Shown here piece by piece: positions 20,354-29,901 of a stretch of DNA of 32,000 nucleotides. The translations under genes and the position numbers were made by a program. Under the pieces are notes generated by a model that was given only the letters and a program-made list of their open reading frames with translations, was not told the DNA's origin and ran no database searches. Positions within the stretch are counted from its first letter, which is position 1, and every line of letters starts with the position of its first letter. Location: assembly GCA_000175855.1 (NCBI GenBank), contig ACYB01000046.1:30001-62000 (forward strand), in the 5' to 3' direction. This DNA is from Raphidiopsis brookii D9 (GTDB taxonomy: Bacteria > Cyanobacteriota > Cyanobacteriia > Cyanobacteriales > Nostocaceae).

Positions 20354-21709
20354 CTATAAATGTTCCTTGACTCTCGCAAATATCCAGTCGGGAATGGTGT
20401 GTTCTGCTCCATAAACATGATTATATTTACCTTCTATTGCTTCCCAATTAATTTCAGGGTTGGATAGTATTTCTTCTTTAAATATATCTAAAGCTCTACC
20501 TCTTATTCCTCTTTCTAAAGATTTTCTCATTAATAACCAGGTCTCCTGAACTTCCCCAATACATTCAAAAGGTGTATGCTGTCCTAAACCCATCATTTCC
20601 CGGAATATGGGAATTAAGTCTCCATCGTCAAATAGGTTGTTTTTAAAAACTTTTTCTACAATGTTTACAGAAGAAGATGCCATTAGTCCTAACCAAACAT
20701 AAGCACATTTCGGACATTTATAACACCAGGGTTTCTGTATGTTACAAGAATGTATTTTGGAGATAAATTCAGGGTATTTGCTAAAGTTCTGGAAAATGCG
20801 AAAGTCGTAAATCGGTTGTAAAATACTAAAGTAGGCAAAGTTGGTCAAAAGATGTTCTTGAATAAACAGATTTAAAATCTGCTCTGCTAATAAACCCTTA
20901 CCCCATTGATGATTCACTTCTTTCCCTAGTTTTTCCCAATATAGATTACCCGTATTGGCACTTTTCTCGTGGGCTAAACACAGAGAATGATACCCATGAT
21001 CTAGCATTATAATTAGAGACTGAAAAATTGAAACTGGTGTTTCCGGTGCAATAATACCGGAGTTTTCGGGAAAATATATTTTTAAAAACGGTGACTCTGT
21101 AAAATTATCATAAATGGAAATTTGATGCTTGTGCTTTGGTTTAACACATTCCACAACCTGGGATATTAATTTGTGCTGAAAATCTGCTTTTCCATAAACG
21201 CTATGAGAGTATTGCAGTGAGGAAAAAGGTATGCCAGCTTCTTCTAAGATTTTCATCGCTAAAATGCTATCTTTTCCCCCTCCACAACCAGTGAGAATAG
21301 TTTGATTATCCCCCAAAATCTCTTGAGGTTCACTTCCTCCTAAAACCGCAGAACTGATAATTTCTGGTTGTTGATAGTTAGTGATATTATTCTCATACCA
21401 ATGCTGTCCAAATACTCCCTGATATATTCGGACAAATAAGTCTAAAACCCTGGGTTCTAAATATTTGGCAATGCTAGAAACATCATAATATTTGGGAAAT
21501 AGGGAGCAAAATTTCATCCCTTCAAATAGGACAATATGGGCAATAATTCTCTCTATATAGGAGCCAGAATATTTGTTTATCAACCGAGAGAATGAAACAT
21601 CATGGTAGAAAATATTAGTAGAAAAATTAAATCCATCCGCACTATATATAATTTCTACATGATGTTGGTGAATTTTCCACCTATCAATTTTGATCACTGA
21701 TATCTTCAC
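20354..21709 (-). CDS. PP-loop ATPase-like protein resembling the MurL (UDP-MurNAc-L-Ala-L-Glu epimerase) family
   Basis: 451 aa; PP-loop TGCGGGKDSILAMKILEEAG; ANTGNLYWEKLGKEVNHQWGKGLLAE; CYKCPKCAYVWLGL; TPFECIGEVQE. Similarity to MurL is from memory of conserved motifs. Confidence 0.6.
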   Translation of the reverse strand: MKISVIKIDRWKIHQHHVEIIYSADGFNFSTNIFYHDVSFSRLINKYSGSYIERIIAHIVLFEGMKFCSLFPKYYDVSSIAKYLEPRVLDLFVRIYQGVFGQHWYENNITNYQQPEIISSAVLGGSEPQEILGDNQTILTGCGGGKDSILAMKILEEAGIPFSSLQYSHSVYGKADFQHKLISQVVECVKPKHKHQISIYDNFTESPFLKIYFPENSGIIAPETPVSIFQSLIIMLDHGYHSLCLAHEKSANTGNLYWEKLGKEVNHQWGKGLLAEQILNLFIQEHLLTNFAYFSILQPIYDFRIFQNFSKYPEFISKIHSCNIQKPWCYKCPKCAYVWLGLMASSSVNIVEKVFKNNLFDDGDLIPIFREMMGLGQHTPFECIGEVQETWLLMRKSLERGIRGRALDIFKEEILSNPEINWEAIEGKYNHVYGAEHTIPDWIFARVKEHL

Positions 21710-21712
21710 TAT

Positions 21713-22210
21713 TTACCATCCCCAAGTACCTGTACCACCTTTAAATGGTCCAACAATATCCGCAGTAATCCATCCTCCATAAAAATCACCAGCTTGGGGT
21801 GTAACTAGTTCATTGTTAACGTAGCAAGCATCCATCAAAGCCGCAATAAAACCATAATACTCTTGAATAGGGACAAAGTTTGGTGTAGGAGCAAAATATC
21901 GCCAAGCTGCGTATTTGATTAGCTGCTCACCAATCTGAACATCATAGTATTCGTATGCTCCTTTCCATTCGCACAAATTTTTCTTGGGTGTTGCTATTAA
22001 ACACTCCAATTTTACGTCACTGGGCGGAAAGTAATAGGTAGGGGGGTGACTGGTTTCCAGCACTCTTTTACCTTTAGTGGTTTCAGCTAAAACAACACCG
22101 TTACAAATCACTTTTAGGTGTTTGTCAGTATCCTGAAGAATCGCGGGACGGGGATAGTCCCATACTGATTCTTGACCTGGTTTTGGGGTAAGAGGGTTCG
22201 GTCTGATCAT
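21713..22210 (-). CDS. DUF427-like protein
   Basis: 165 aa; SVWDYPRPAILQDTDKHLKVICNGVVLAETTKGKRVLETSHPPTYYFPPSDV...KGAYEYYDV...AAWRYFAPTPNFVPIQEYYGFIA. Confidence 0.8.
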   Translation of the reverse strand: MIRPNPLTPKPGQESVWDYPRPAILQDTDKHLKVICNGVVLAETTKGKRVLETSHPPTYYFPPSDVKLECLIATPKKNLCEWKGAYEYYDVQIGEQLIKYAAWRYFAPTPNFVPIQEYYGFIAALMDACYVNNELVTPQAGDFYGGWITADIVGPFKGGTGTWGW

Positions 22211-22359
22211 TTATGACCAAAAATGCTTATTAGTTACATAACACTATAACATGATTTTTTCAACCTTGGCAAGTATTTTTCCCAAATTTCCTACAACTTG
22301 AGCGAGCTGCTACCCTAATGGTCACATATTTTTTAAAAATTCGCTGATAAGATAGCTAA

Positions 22360-23949
22360 TTAATCCTCATCTTTCCTAATACTAGCAGGAAGCAAAAGCC
22401 CCAAGTCCGGAAAATTATCTATATAAAGTTGCCTCAAAACCCGCTGGATATGAAGATGTTTTCCTGGTTTTACTTTGGTCAAGGTTCGTAACAATAAGTG
22501 GGACTCACTTAAACTTTCTACACCTTCTATAAAAGTTGGCTCCAGCACATCTGGATCATTCAGTTTTAAACTCTGTCCAATTTCCCCTATTAACCTATAT
22601 ACTGGTTGTAAATCACAATTAGAAGCTACCCCTATATCCACACAGGCAAATATATACTGCTTTGAAAAATTAACAACTGAGCCAATATCACCATTACGAA
22701 TTATTTGTAATTGACCATTAGGATGTCTAATGCGCGTGGTCCTTAATTCAATGGACTCTACAGTACCCTCCACAGGTTTCTCTTCCGCTTTTCCAGCTTG
22801 TATATAGTCCCCGACTAAATAGTAGTTTTCAAACAGAATAAAAAAACCAGAGACTATATCATTAATCAATGTCTGTGCTCCCAATCCCACAGCAAGACCA
22901 ATAATCCCAGCACCGGCTAAAATCGGAGTTGGATTTATATCTAAAATATACAGAATAGAAACTGCAACCGCGAAGTAAATTAAATACTGTAGCAAACTAC
23001 GAAACAGCGGAATCATAGTTAAGCGTCTACTTCTTTGTGTTTCTGTCAACTGTTGGTCCTTAAACAAAAATTCTTCTAGTAGTAGGTAAATCACCTCAAA
23101 AATTACCCTGCTTATAAATACAATGGCAATGATTTTTATGATTTTTATGCCAAAACTTGCTAGGTTGGCTATTAACTGCACTTGTTGAACAACCAATGTA
23201 GCAGTAGAGACATAAACTACAAATTCTAAGGAACTTTTTAGAAAAGGCACTAAGTGTCCTAGTCGGTCATAAAATCTGAATAGATTGTCTGGACTAGAGT
23301 ATCTAATACTTAAAGCATCCAAGGTATCGACAATTACCCCTACTGTTTTTAGTATCAACAATCCGCTGGCAATGATCAAATAAATTGTTAGCCCTATGTA
23401 TAAATACTGTGTAAGCAGGGATGGTAATTGAAGGAATTGGCTACAGACAATCAGTATCCATAACCAAATTCCTAAAGTTATTCTCCGATTCAGAGTGGTA
23501 AAAAAAGCATCAATATTTTCATCATTGACTGGTTTTTGCTCTAAATTCTTCACTTTTTTAGCAGCTATCTGCAACCAATAATTAAGTAATTTGATCACAA
23601 ACCCTGCTGCAATTACCACTCCTACACACTGGGCAATGCCAAATCCTAGTCTTAACCAAAATCCCGATGGAATCTGGTTGATCAAGGTTATTGTATATTC
23701 CTGTGGGTTTTTGCCTTGATAAATCAAAAAACCATTGACACCAATAATTCCCATAATCAAGAGCAAACAGGTGAAAAACAGCACCCCATTAATGTTACGT
23801 CGGATAACCTTGATTTTTGTATCTTTTCCCCTAAATACTGATACTCTAGTTAGCAAGTTACAAACTTTACGCAAAGTCCATGTGGATACCAAGAAAAAAC
23901 CTATTACAATCAGGACCTCAATTAAGAGAACTAATACTATATTCATCAT
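22360..23949 (-). CDS. MscS-family mechanosensitive channel
   Basis: 529 aa, multiple TM helices; GIIGLAVGLGAQTLINDIVSGFFILFENYYLVGDYI...GTVESIELRTTRIRHPNGQLQIIRNGDI. Confidence 0.92.
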   Translation of the reverse strand: MMNIVLVLLIEVLIVIGFFLVSTWTLRKVCNLLTRVSVFRGKDTKIKVIRRNINGVLFFTCLLLIMGIIGVNGFLIYQGKNPQEYTITLINQIPSGFWLRLGFGIAQCVGVVIAAGFVIKLLNYWLQIAAKKVKNLEQKPVNDENIDAFFTTLNRRITLGIWLWILIVCSQFLQLPSLLTQYLYIGLTIYLIIASGLLILKTVGVIVDTLDALSIRYSSPDNLFRFYDRLGHLVPFLKSSLEFVVYVSTATLVVQQVQLIANLASFGIKIIKIIAIVFISRVIFEVIYLLLEEFLFKDQQLTETQRSRRLTMIPLFRSLLQYLIYFAVAVSILYILDINPTPILAGAGIIGLAVGLGAQTLINDIVSGFFILFENYYLVGDYIQAGKAEEKPVEGTVESIELRTTRIRHPNGQLQIIRNGDIGSVVNFSKQYIFACVDIGVASNCDLQPVYRLIGEIGQSLKLNDPDVLEPTFIEGVESLSESHLLLRTLTKVKPGKHLHIQRVLRQLYIDNFPDLGLLLPASIRKDED

Positions 23950-24015
23950 TTAGTGTATTTTGTCTGATTTTGACATTCTTGGTATCACTCTACAACAATT
24001 TTTTATGACCTCCGG

Positions 24016-25131
24016 TTAATTCTCACTACTAGATTTAGGCTTATACTTTTCCGGATCGGTTCTTAGATCTACATAAAGGAAATCAATACCCTCTTGCTCC
24101 AGCATTTCCAAAATTGCTAAATTTAAGTTCCTCTCTGCACTGAAATAGAGGTTATCATCATTGACAAATGCCATTATCTCAATCACACGGGCATTTTTCT
24201 CAATGTTTTTGAAGCGAACTGTACAACCAGGTGATAACCCAGCAATAGAATTTGGCATTTGTTGAATAGCATCACAGATTCTGGCCGTTTGCTCTGCAGA
24301 AATACCATCTATTTTTAGCACTAAATTCAATCCCCACTTTAATTCTTCTCCTGGATTTTGAGACCAATTTTCTACCACTCCACCAATCATGCGAGAATTA
24401 GGCATTTTGATGATTGACCCCCACTTCACCACGTGCAGTGTTGTAGTTCTAAAACCAATATGCATAACCTGCACAAAACCGTCTAGTCCTGATACTCCTA
24501 TCCAATGACCTTCTCGAAACAGACCATCAGAATAGATAATCACTGTACAAAACCAGTCATAAACAATATCCTTGAGTAATAAACCAAAGGTAATACCAGC
24601 ACCACCTAGCAAACCAACAAGTGCACCCGCAGATTGCCCTAAAAATATTTCACTAAGCTTGATTATTAAGACGACAACTGCAGCTGATTGAAAAATTTTG
24701 GGCATTAATGGTCTGAGCAATTCATCTAGCTCAGTTTCAGCTTGCAGCACCAAGTTAGCAATCATTTGCCCTAAAATTGAGGAAGAGCGATAAATAAGAT
24801 AACCAATAATAAAGACCACTACTACATTTATAGTATTGCCAATGGTCTCTGTTAATTTGGCACCCAATTCCTGAGCAAGAATTTCCTTAATTATCCAAAA
24901 CCCACCTATCAAAATCAACCAGTTTAACGCTGGCTTGATAATACTGATTAATTCGTCATCCAGTGTAGTCTTTGTTTTACTCGTAAGTTTTTCTATAGTT
25001 TTAATCACTACTCCAATAAAGAATCTTCTTAACACTTGTATTAGTGTTAGCACAATCAGAATCACAATTACCTTGATACCAATAGGATTGGACTGATTAA
25101 TCCCTTGGAGCATTTTTAGTACAGCTTCCAT
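24016..25131 (-). CDS. MscS-family mechanosensitive channel (second, shorter paralog)
   Basis: 371 aa; LLGGAGITFGLLLKDIVYDWFCTVIIYSDGLFREGHWIGVSGLDGFVQVMHIGFRTTTLHVVKWGSIIKMPNSRMI. Confidence 0.85.
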   Translation of the reverse strand: MEAVLKMLQGINQSNPIGIKVIVILIVLTLIQVLRRFFIGVVIKTIEKLTSKTKTTLDDELISIIKPALNWLILIGGFWIIKEILAQELGAKLTETIGNTINVVVVFIIGYLIYRSSSILGQMIANLVLQAETELDELLRPLMPKIFQSAAVVVLIIKLSEIFLGQSAGALVGLLGGAGITFGLLLKDIVYDWFCTVIIYSDGLFREGHWIGVSGLDGFVQVMHIGFRTTTLHVVKWGSIIKMPNSRMIGGVVENWSQNPGEELKWGLNLVLKIDGISAEQTARICDAIQQMPNSIAGLSPGCTVRFKNIEKNARVIEIMAFVNDDNLYFSAERNLNLAILEMLEQEGIDFLYVDLRTDPEKYKPKSSSEN

Positions 25132-25494
25132 ACACTATCACCGAGTTGGTTTTGTTATCTTTTTAAGTTCTTTTGACGAAAATACAGTGGGCACGCTACT
25201 TAGTTTTTTACTGAGTTTTTTGTTAGTTTTTGATCCAGCAAGAAAGTAAATACTTTCAATTTAAAGATCTAACCCAACAACGTTCCCCCTGGACAGGCAA
25301 AATATAACACATAAGTATTTCCAATGTCTGTAAATTTTTGTAACCTGCGAGATTTTCCTGAATCCTCGATATTTCAGGGCTTTTCAATACCTAGTACTAT
25401 CTTAAATAACAATTGTCTTGACAAGCATTATAAGTGATCACGCTTACAAGGAAGGTTGAGGAGGAGAATGGCGATCGCCTTTTATCACTAGTTT

Positions 25495-25514
25495 CCTCCC
25501 TTAGCTAAGGGAGG
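25495..25514. repeat. Perfect 20-bp palindrome 3' of egtD, possible terminator or dispersed repeat
   Basis: CCTCCCTTAGCTAAGGGAGG, 8-bp stem around AGCT (10 bp if fully extruded), 40 bp past the egtD stop codon. Confidence 0.6.
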
Positions 25515-25553
25515 ATTAGAGCTTTGATGAGGAGAGTTACTAGATTACAATCC

Positions 25554-26534
25554 CTACAATCCCGCTTGGCAGAGAATTAATCCAAACCACCCATTGTCAT
25601 CGCTCCAAGTTTTGACTGTTTTTAATCCTTTGCTTTCCAGTTCCTGGGACATTTGAAGTAAATCAAATTTCCGGGAAATTTCTGTTAGTATGGAATCACC
25701 TGCTTCAAAGAAAACCTGTAAATCCAAAGATGCTAACTTCACCCAATGACTTTCTTGAGAATGAAGTCGCATTTCAATTTGCTTTTCTGTCAGATTATAT
25801 ATTGCTTTGTGCTTAAACAGGGTTGGGTCAAAATTCCCATTAAATCGCCAATTTAAATGGGTAAGTATGTTCAAGTTAAACGCAGCAGTTACACCCTGAG
25901 CATCATTATAAGCTGGTTCTAAAATCCCTTTGTCTTTGTGTAAATCAACCCCCAGCAAAAAGAAATCACCGGTTTTTAGAGTTGTGGAAACCCGGGTGAG
26001 GAATCTATCACATTCCTGTTGACTAAAATTGCCTAGGGAACTACCCAGAAAAAACAACAAACGAGACTGTAAATAATTGGACTCTAAATGAAATAATGCC
26101 TGTTCATAGGTTCCTAGCAACCCATGAATATCAATTTGAGGATATTTATCCTTCAATTGCAAAACGCTAGTTTTGAGAATACCTCCACTCACATCAACTG
26201 GTAGGTATCTACAGGTGTGGGATATTCTCTGATAAGCATCGAGTAAAAGTTGAGTTTTAGTAGAACTACCACTACCCAATTCTATCAACTCACAACAATT
26301 AGTTAGTTCGGCAATTTCTCCAGCATATTGTTGCAGAATTGAAGCTTCTGTACGAGTAGGATAGTATTCTGGCAAATCACAAATTTCCTCAAATAATAGG
26401 GAACCGCGATCATCATAAAAATACTTAGGGGGTAAGGTTTTGGGATTTCCAAGTAATCCCTGAATTACATCTTTACCATCATCATGCAAGTGTTGATATT
26501 GTTGTTCTAAAACTGTTAGGGGTGCTAAAAGCAT
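25554..26534 (-). CDS. egtD: L-histidine N-alpha-methyltransferase (ergothioneine biosynthesis)
   Basis: 326 aa; PPKYFYDDRGSLLFEEICDLPEYYPTRTEASIL, ELIELGSGSSTKTQLLLDA, FLGSSLGNFSQQE, FLLGVDLHKD; EgtD hallmarks. Confidence 0.96.
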   Translation of the reverse strand: MLLAPLTVLEQQYQHLHDDGKDVIQGLLGNPKTLPPKYFYDDRGSLLFEEICDLPEYYPTRTEASILQQYAGEIAELTNCCELIELGSGSSTKTQLLLDAYQRISHTCRYLPVDVSGGILKTSVLQLKDKYPQIDIHGLLGTYEQALFHLESNYLQSRLLFFLGSSLGNFSQQECDRFLTRVSTTLKTGDFFLLGVDLHKDKGILEPAYNDAQGVTAAFNLNILTHLNWRFNGNFDPTLFKHKAIYNLTEKQIEMRLHSQESHWVKLASLDLQVFFEAGDSILTEISRKFDLLQMSQELESKGLKTVKTWSDDNGWFGLILCQAGL

Positions 26535-26614
26535 TTGTTTTATCCTCTTATTTTTATTTACCTGATTCTATCAAAATCTCAGAATTTTGAGTTATTAGTA
26601 ACTGGAAATTTCTC

Positions 26615-27958
26615 CTACAAACTCATGGCAGTTCTAAAACCCACATGCTGATAGAAATAGGGGCGAAACCAGTTGCGATAACAGGGTAGGGCCATAGTGC
26701 CATTTGTAGCCCAAGAACCACCAACCATCATTTGATGCTTACCATCAAAAAATGGTGCTGACTGGTCCTCATATAGATAATGGGTGGTAAATCCAGGTAG
26801 GGGAGAAAAGGTACTAGATAACCACTCCCACAGGTTTCCTTGTAGGTCAGCTAACCCGGATATTTCTGAAAACATGCCCACAGGACTGGGAGAAATATAT
26901 TTCAGGTTGAGATTATAGTTATTGTTTCTAGTGATCTGGTTATTGGTGGAAAATTCCCAAGCCCGATTCCATTCTGCTTCTGTCATTAAACGAGTACCTT
27001 GCCATTGACAGTAAGCCATTGCTTCATAATAATTGACTTCCACTGGCCAATCTAGAGGCAATTCTAAAATATCAAAAGTTGCCCGATACTTGTAATTATG
27101 GGAATTTTCCAGTAGCCAAAATTTAGGATGTTGCACATTATTTTGTTGTTTCCATCGCCAGGATTCACCATGCCAATATTCTGAATTTTCATAGCCACCA
27201 GCTTGTACAAATCGCAAAAATTCTCCATTGGTAATTAGATTCTTACTGGCTAAAAATGGTCGAACTACAATCTCTAAACTGCCATATTCGCTATCCCAAC
27301 CAAAAGTTAAATCATTTTCTTTTTTGCCTAATTTAACTAAACCACCAGGAATTTCCTGCATTTGATTGTGAGGTGTTTCACCATGACTGGGTACATAGTT
27401 CCATCCTGACGGTAATCTTACATGCTCAACTGGTAACTGACGTAGTAGCATAGAAGAGGTCTCAAAATGTATGCGACTGTGTTCAATACCCATTAATAAT
27501 GCCCACAGGGGATGTTGGGGGTGAATAGGCAAATTTAAAGATGTATTTTCAATGATCCCAGTAATTGCTTGTCTGGCATTTTCTCTATATTCCCAAACCT
27601 GGTCTACATCGGGCCAGATGATATGTTGAGTTGCCAATTCTAGTTCATCAGGTGTTTCTGGGTCCACACCAACCTCGAACAGAAGCTCAAATTGGGGATT
27701 GATGGGATTTGGCAATAATCCAACCCGAACTAACTTGTTAATGTAAAAAACTGCTGAGTGTCCTAAATAAAAAATTAATCGGTTTCTCAAAGGATCCGGA
27801 TTAAGGTAAAAAGCATCCGGGTGAGTGATGCTTTTAAGTAAGGTTGTTTCTAATTCCCAAGAATTGTTAAAGTAATCAAGCAGGTTTTTCCTGCTACAAT
27901 AATCTAGGTTGATGACTTGGGTAGATGCTAGATGAGGGAGTTGGGATAGGGTTGGCAT
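26615..27958 (-). CDS. egtB: Non-heme iron sulfoxide synthase (DinB + FGE-sulfatase domains), OvoA-like subtype, likely functioning as EgtB
   Basis: 447 aa; LIFYLGHSAVFYINKLV and LLMGIEHSRIHFETSSMLLRQLP (His ligands), GTRLMTEAEWNRAWEF, GGSWATNG...FRPYFYQHVGFRTA; adjacent to egtD. Confidence 0.88.
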   Translation of the reverse strand: MPTLSQLPHLASTQVINLDYCSRKNLLDYFNNSWELETTLLKSITHPDAFYLNPDPLRNRLIFYLGHSAVFYINKLVRVGLLPNPINPQFELLFEVGVDPETPDELELATQHIIWPDVDQVWEYRENARQAITGIIENTSLNLPIHPQHPLWALLMGIEHSRIHFETSSMLLRQLPVEHVRLPSGWNYVPSHGETPHNQMQEIPGGLVKLGKKENDLTFGWDSEYGSLEIVVRPFLASKNLITNGEFLRFVQAGGYENSEYWHGESWRWKQQNNVQHPKFWLLENSHNYKYRATFDILELPLDWPVEVNYYEAMAYCQWQGTRLMTEAEWNRAWEFSTNNQITRNNNYNLNLKYISPSPVGMFSEISGLADLQGNLWEWLSSTFSPLPGFTTHYLYEDQSAPFFDGKHQMMVGGSWATNGTMALPCYRNWFRPYFYQHVGFRTAMSL

Positions 27959-28110
27959 TGTTTGAGGTTAAATTTTATCCGGGTTATCAGCACACTATTC
28001 ATGTACATGCTTTTATATAAATACTACACCTAGAGGCGTTTTTTTCATTGTTAACCAAAATTTAACCATTATGGTTTATCTACCCAGGAATGGTTATTTC
28101 GCCGATTGAG

Positions 28111-29268
28111 CTAGTGTGATTTTTTCAACGCCAAAATCTCAGCTTCACTACTTTCTCTAGCAATGCGAATTAATAAAGAGCAAGCCATTAAACTAGCAAC
28201 CATAGAATTACCACCATAACTAAACATGGGTAAAGGTAAACCTGTGGTTGGTATGGCACCTGTGGTCACAGCAATATGTAATAGTGATTGTCCAATTATA
28301 AGTACAGTCATTCCTGTTGCTACTAATTTATGGACAGGGTTTTTAGCCTTGAAGGCAATTATTAACCCCAAAGTTGCAAATACCCCTAACAGTAATAAAA
28401 TCACCATGCCACCCACAAAACCAAACTCCTCAGCGAAAACTGCAAAAATAAAATCCGTATCTTGAATAGGTAAATAAAACAATTTCTGCTGGGACATGCC
28501 AAATCCCACTCCCCAGGTTTGACCCGTACCCACTGCTAACAAACTTTGTACTAACTGATATCCATCACCGGTAGGATCAGCCCAGGGATTTAAAAACGAC
28601 GTGACTCGACGCCGTTGGTACTCCTTAATACTCATACTCAATAATGCTAGGAAAAACCCTCCCAAAGCCGTTCCCACTAGGTATCTATAGGGTATACCAC
28701 TAGCTAGAGCAATAAACCAAATTGTCATACCACAAAGCGCAGTAGTACTAAGATTAGGTTGGGCAAGAATCCCTAACAGGACTAAACAAAACACACCTAA
28801 CCAAAACAGACGAACTTGTGAGGAGAGGTTTTCCCACTGGGCAAAAAGTCTAGCACTTTGTAGGACTAAAAATGGCTTGATTAATTCCGATGGTTGAATG
28901 GGAATAGGACCGATGGCTATCCACCGCGCTGCATCAAAAGCCTTTTTTCCCACCCCGGGAACGAGGATGAGAAAAATTAATAATAAAAATAGGAATAAAA
29001 ACCAATGAGATGCTGCTAAAATTTTAGACAGGGGAGTATTTACAATCCAGTTAAATAAAATGAGACCAACAAACACCCAAATAATTTGACGTTTAAAGTA
29101 GTACAAACCATCACCCTGGCGTTCAGAAGCTACGGGGTAGGACGCAGAAAAAAGCATAATTAACCCCAGTACTAACCACAACAATGTCAACCAGCGCAAC
29201 AAACGCGCTTCCGGGGCCCAATTACCAGGAGAATGATCAAAAAATGGAATGAGTTGACGTAGGTTCAC
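28111..29268 (-). CDS. ftsW: FtsW/RodA-family cell-division protein; ORF opens with TTG at 29304, GTG at 29268 (VNLRQLIPFFDHS...) looks like the better start
   Basis: LFSASYPVA, WADPTGDGYQLVQSLLAVGTGQTWGVGFGMSQQKLFYLPIQDTDFIFAVFAEEFG, GLPLPMFSYGGNSM. Confidence 0.93.
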   Translation of the reverse strand: MNLRQLIPFFDHSPGNWAPEARLLRWLTLLWLVLGLIMLFSASYPVASERQGDGLYYFKRQIIWVFVGLILFNWIVNTPLSKILAASHWFLFLFLLLIFLILVPGVGKKAFDAARWIAIGPIPIQPSELIKPFLVLQSARLFAQWENLSSQVRLFWLGVFCLVLLGILAQPNLSTTALCGMTIWFIALASGIPYRYLVGTALGGFFLALLSMSIKEYQRRRVTSFLNPWADPTGDGYQLVQSLLAVGTGQTWGVGFGMSQQKLFYLPIQDTDFIFAVFAEEFGFVGGMVILLLLGVFATLGLIIAFKAKNPVHKLVATGMTVLIIGQSLLHIAVTTGAIPTTGLPLPMFSYGGNSMVASLMACSLLIRIARESSEAEILALKKSH

Positions 29269-29356
29269 GTTAAAACTATATATGTTTATACCGCCCCACT
29301 GCAAGTAAGGCGGTTATGGATTCGGGAGAGACTTGACTAGTTCTGACCTATGAGAA

Positions 29357-29563
29357 TCATGCCAAACCAGTATTAGTACCTTGCCTACCAGTTGCTAATT
29401 CTACCTTAACGATTTTACCACCCATTTTCTGAATTCTTTGCTGCTCACGGAACCAGTTTTCGTAGGGAACCAACTTGGTAAAATAAGTATTCTGTAATTC
29501 CCTTTGGGTGCGGGTGCGGGTTAAGCTGGGAACGCAAGCGGTTACTTTAAATAAACGAGCCAT
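29357..29563 (-). CDS. apcC: Phycobilisome 7.8 kDa core linker
   Basis: 68 aa MARLFKVTACVPSLTRTRTQRELQNTYFTKLVPYENWFREQQRIQKMGGKIVKVELATGRQGTNTGLA. Confidence 0.98.
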   Translation of the reverse strand: MARLFKVTACVPSLTRTRTQRELQNTYFTKLVPYENWFREQQRIQKMGGKIVKVELATGRQGTNTGLA

Positions 29564-29632
29564 TTTTTCTAAACTCCCTGTGTTTTGGAAAACCTTTTTT
29601 ATTGGAAAAATCTTGAGACCAAGTCCCGTCTC

Positions 29633-29654
29633 AAATCTTTGAATTTATAGCTCT
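29633..29654 (-). terminator. Possible attenuator/terminator hairpin between apcB and apcC
   Basis: Minus strand reads TTGAGAC-GGGACTTG-GTCTCAA-GATTTTT: perfect 7-bp stem, 8-nt loop, short T-run. Confidence 0.5.
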
Positions 29655-29901
29655 AGTCAGAACGCTATAGACAGGGTTGATGGGTAAAAGCAGCCATTTT
29701 GAGTCGCCTTGTAGGTGACTATGGCTATATCTATTCTATTCTCTATTCCCTCAAAGTCTGGAAATCTAACATCAATACTAGACCGCTAATACTCACTCGA
29801 AGCATATAGAACGACCCAGAACTCATATTTGATTTCCAGACCTTAATCAAGTAGCACTGCCAACATTCATTCATAGAATGCCAAAAAGTGCTAACTCACT
29901 C

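Noticed and set aside
25471-25478. GCGATCGC octamers, e.g. here and at 3140, 3814, 6344, 10366, 12211, 15631, 19409, 31907
   Set aside because: These are the widespread HIP1 sites of cyanobacterial genomes; not a local feature.
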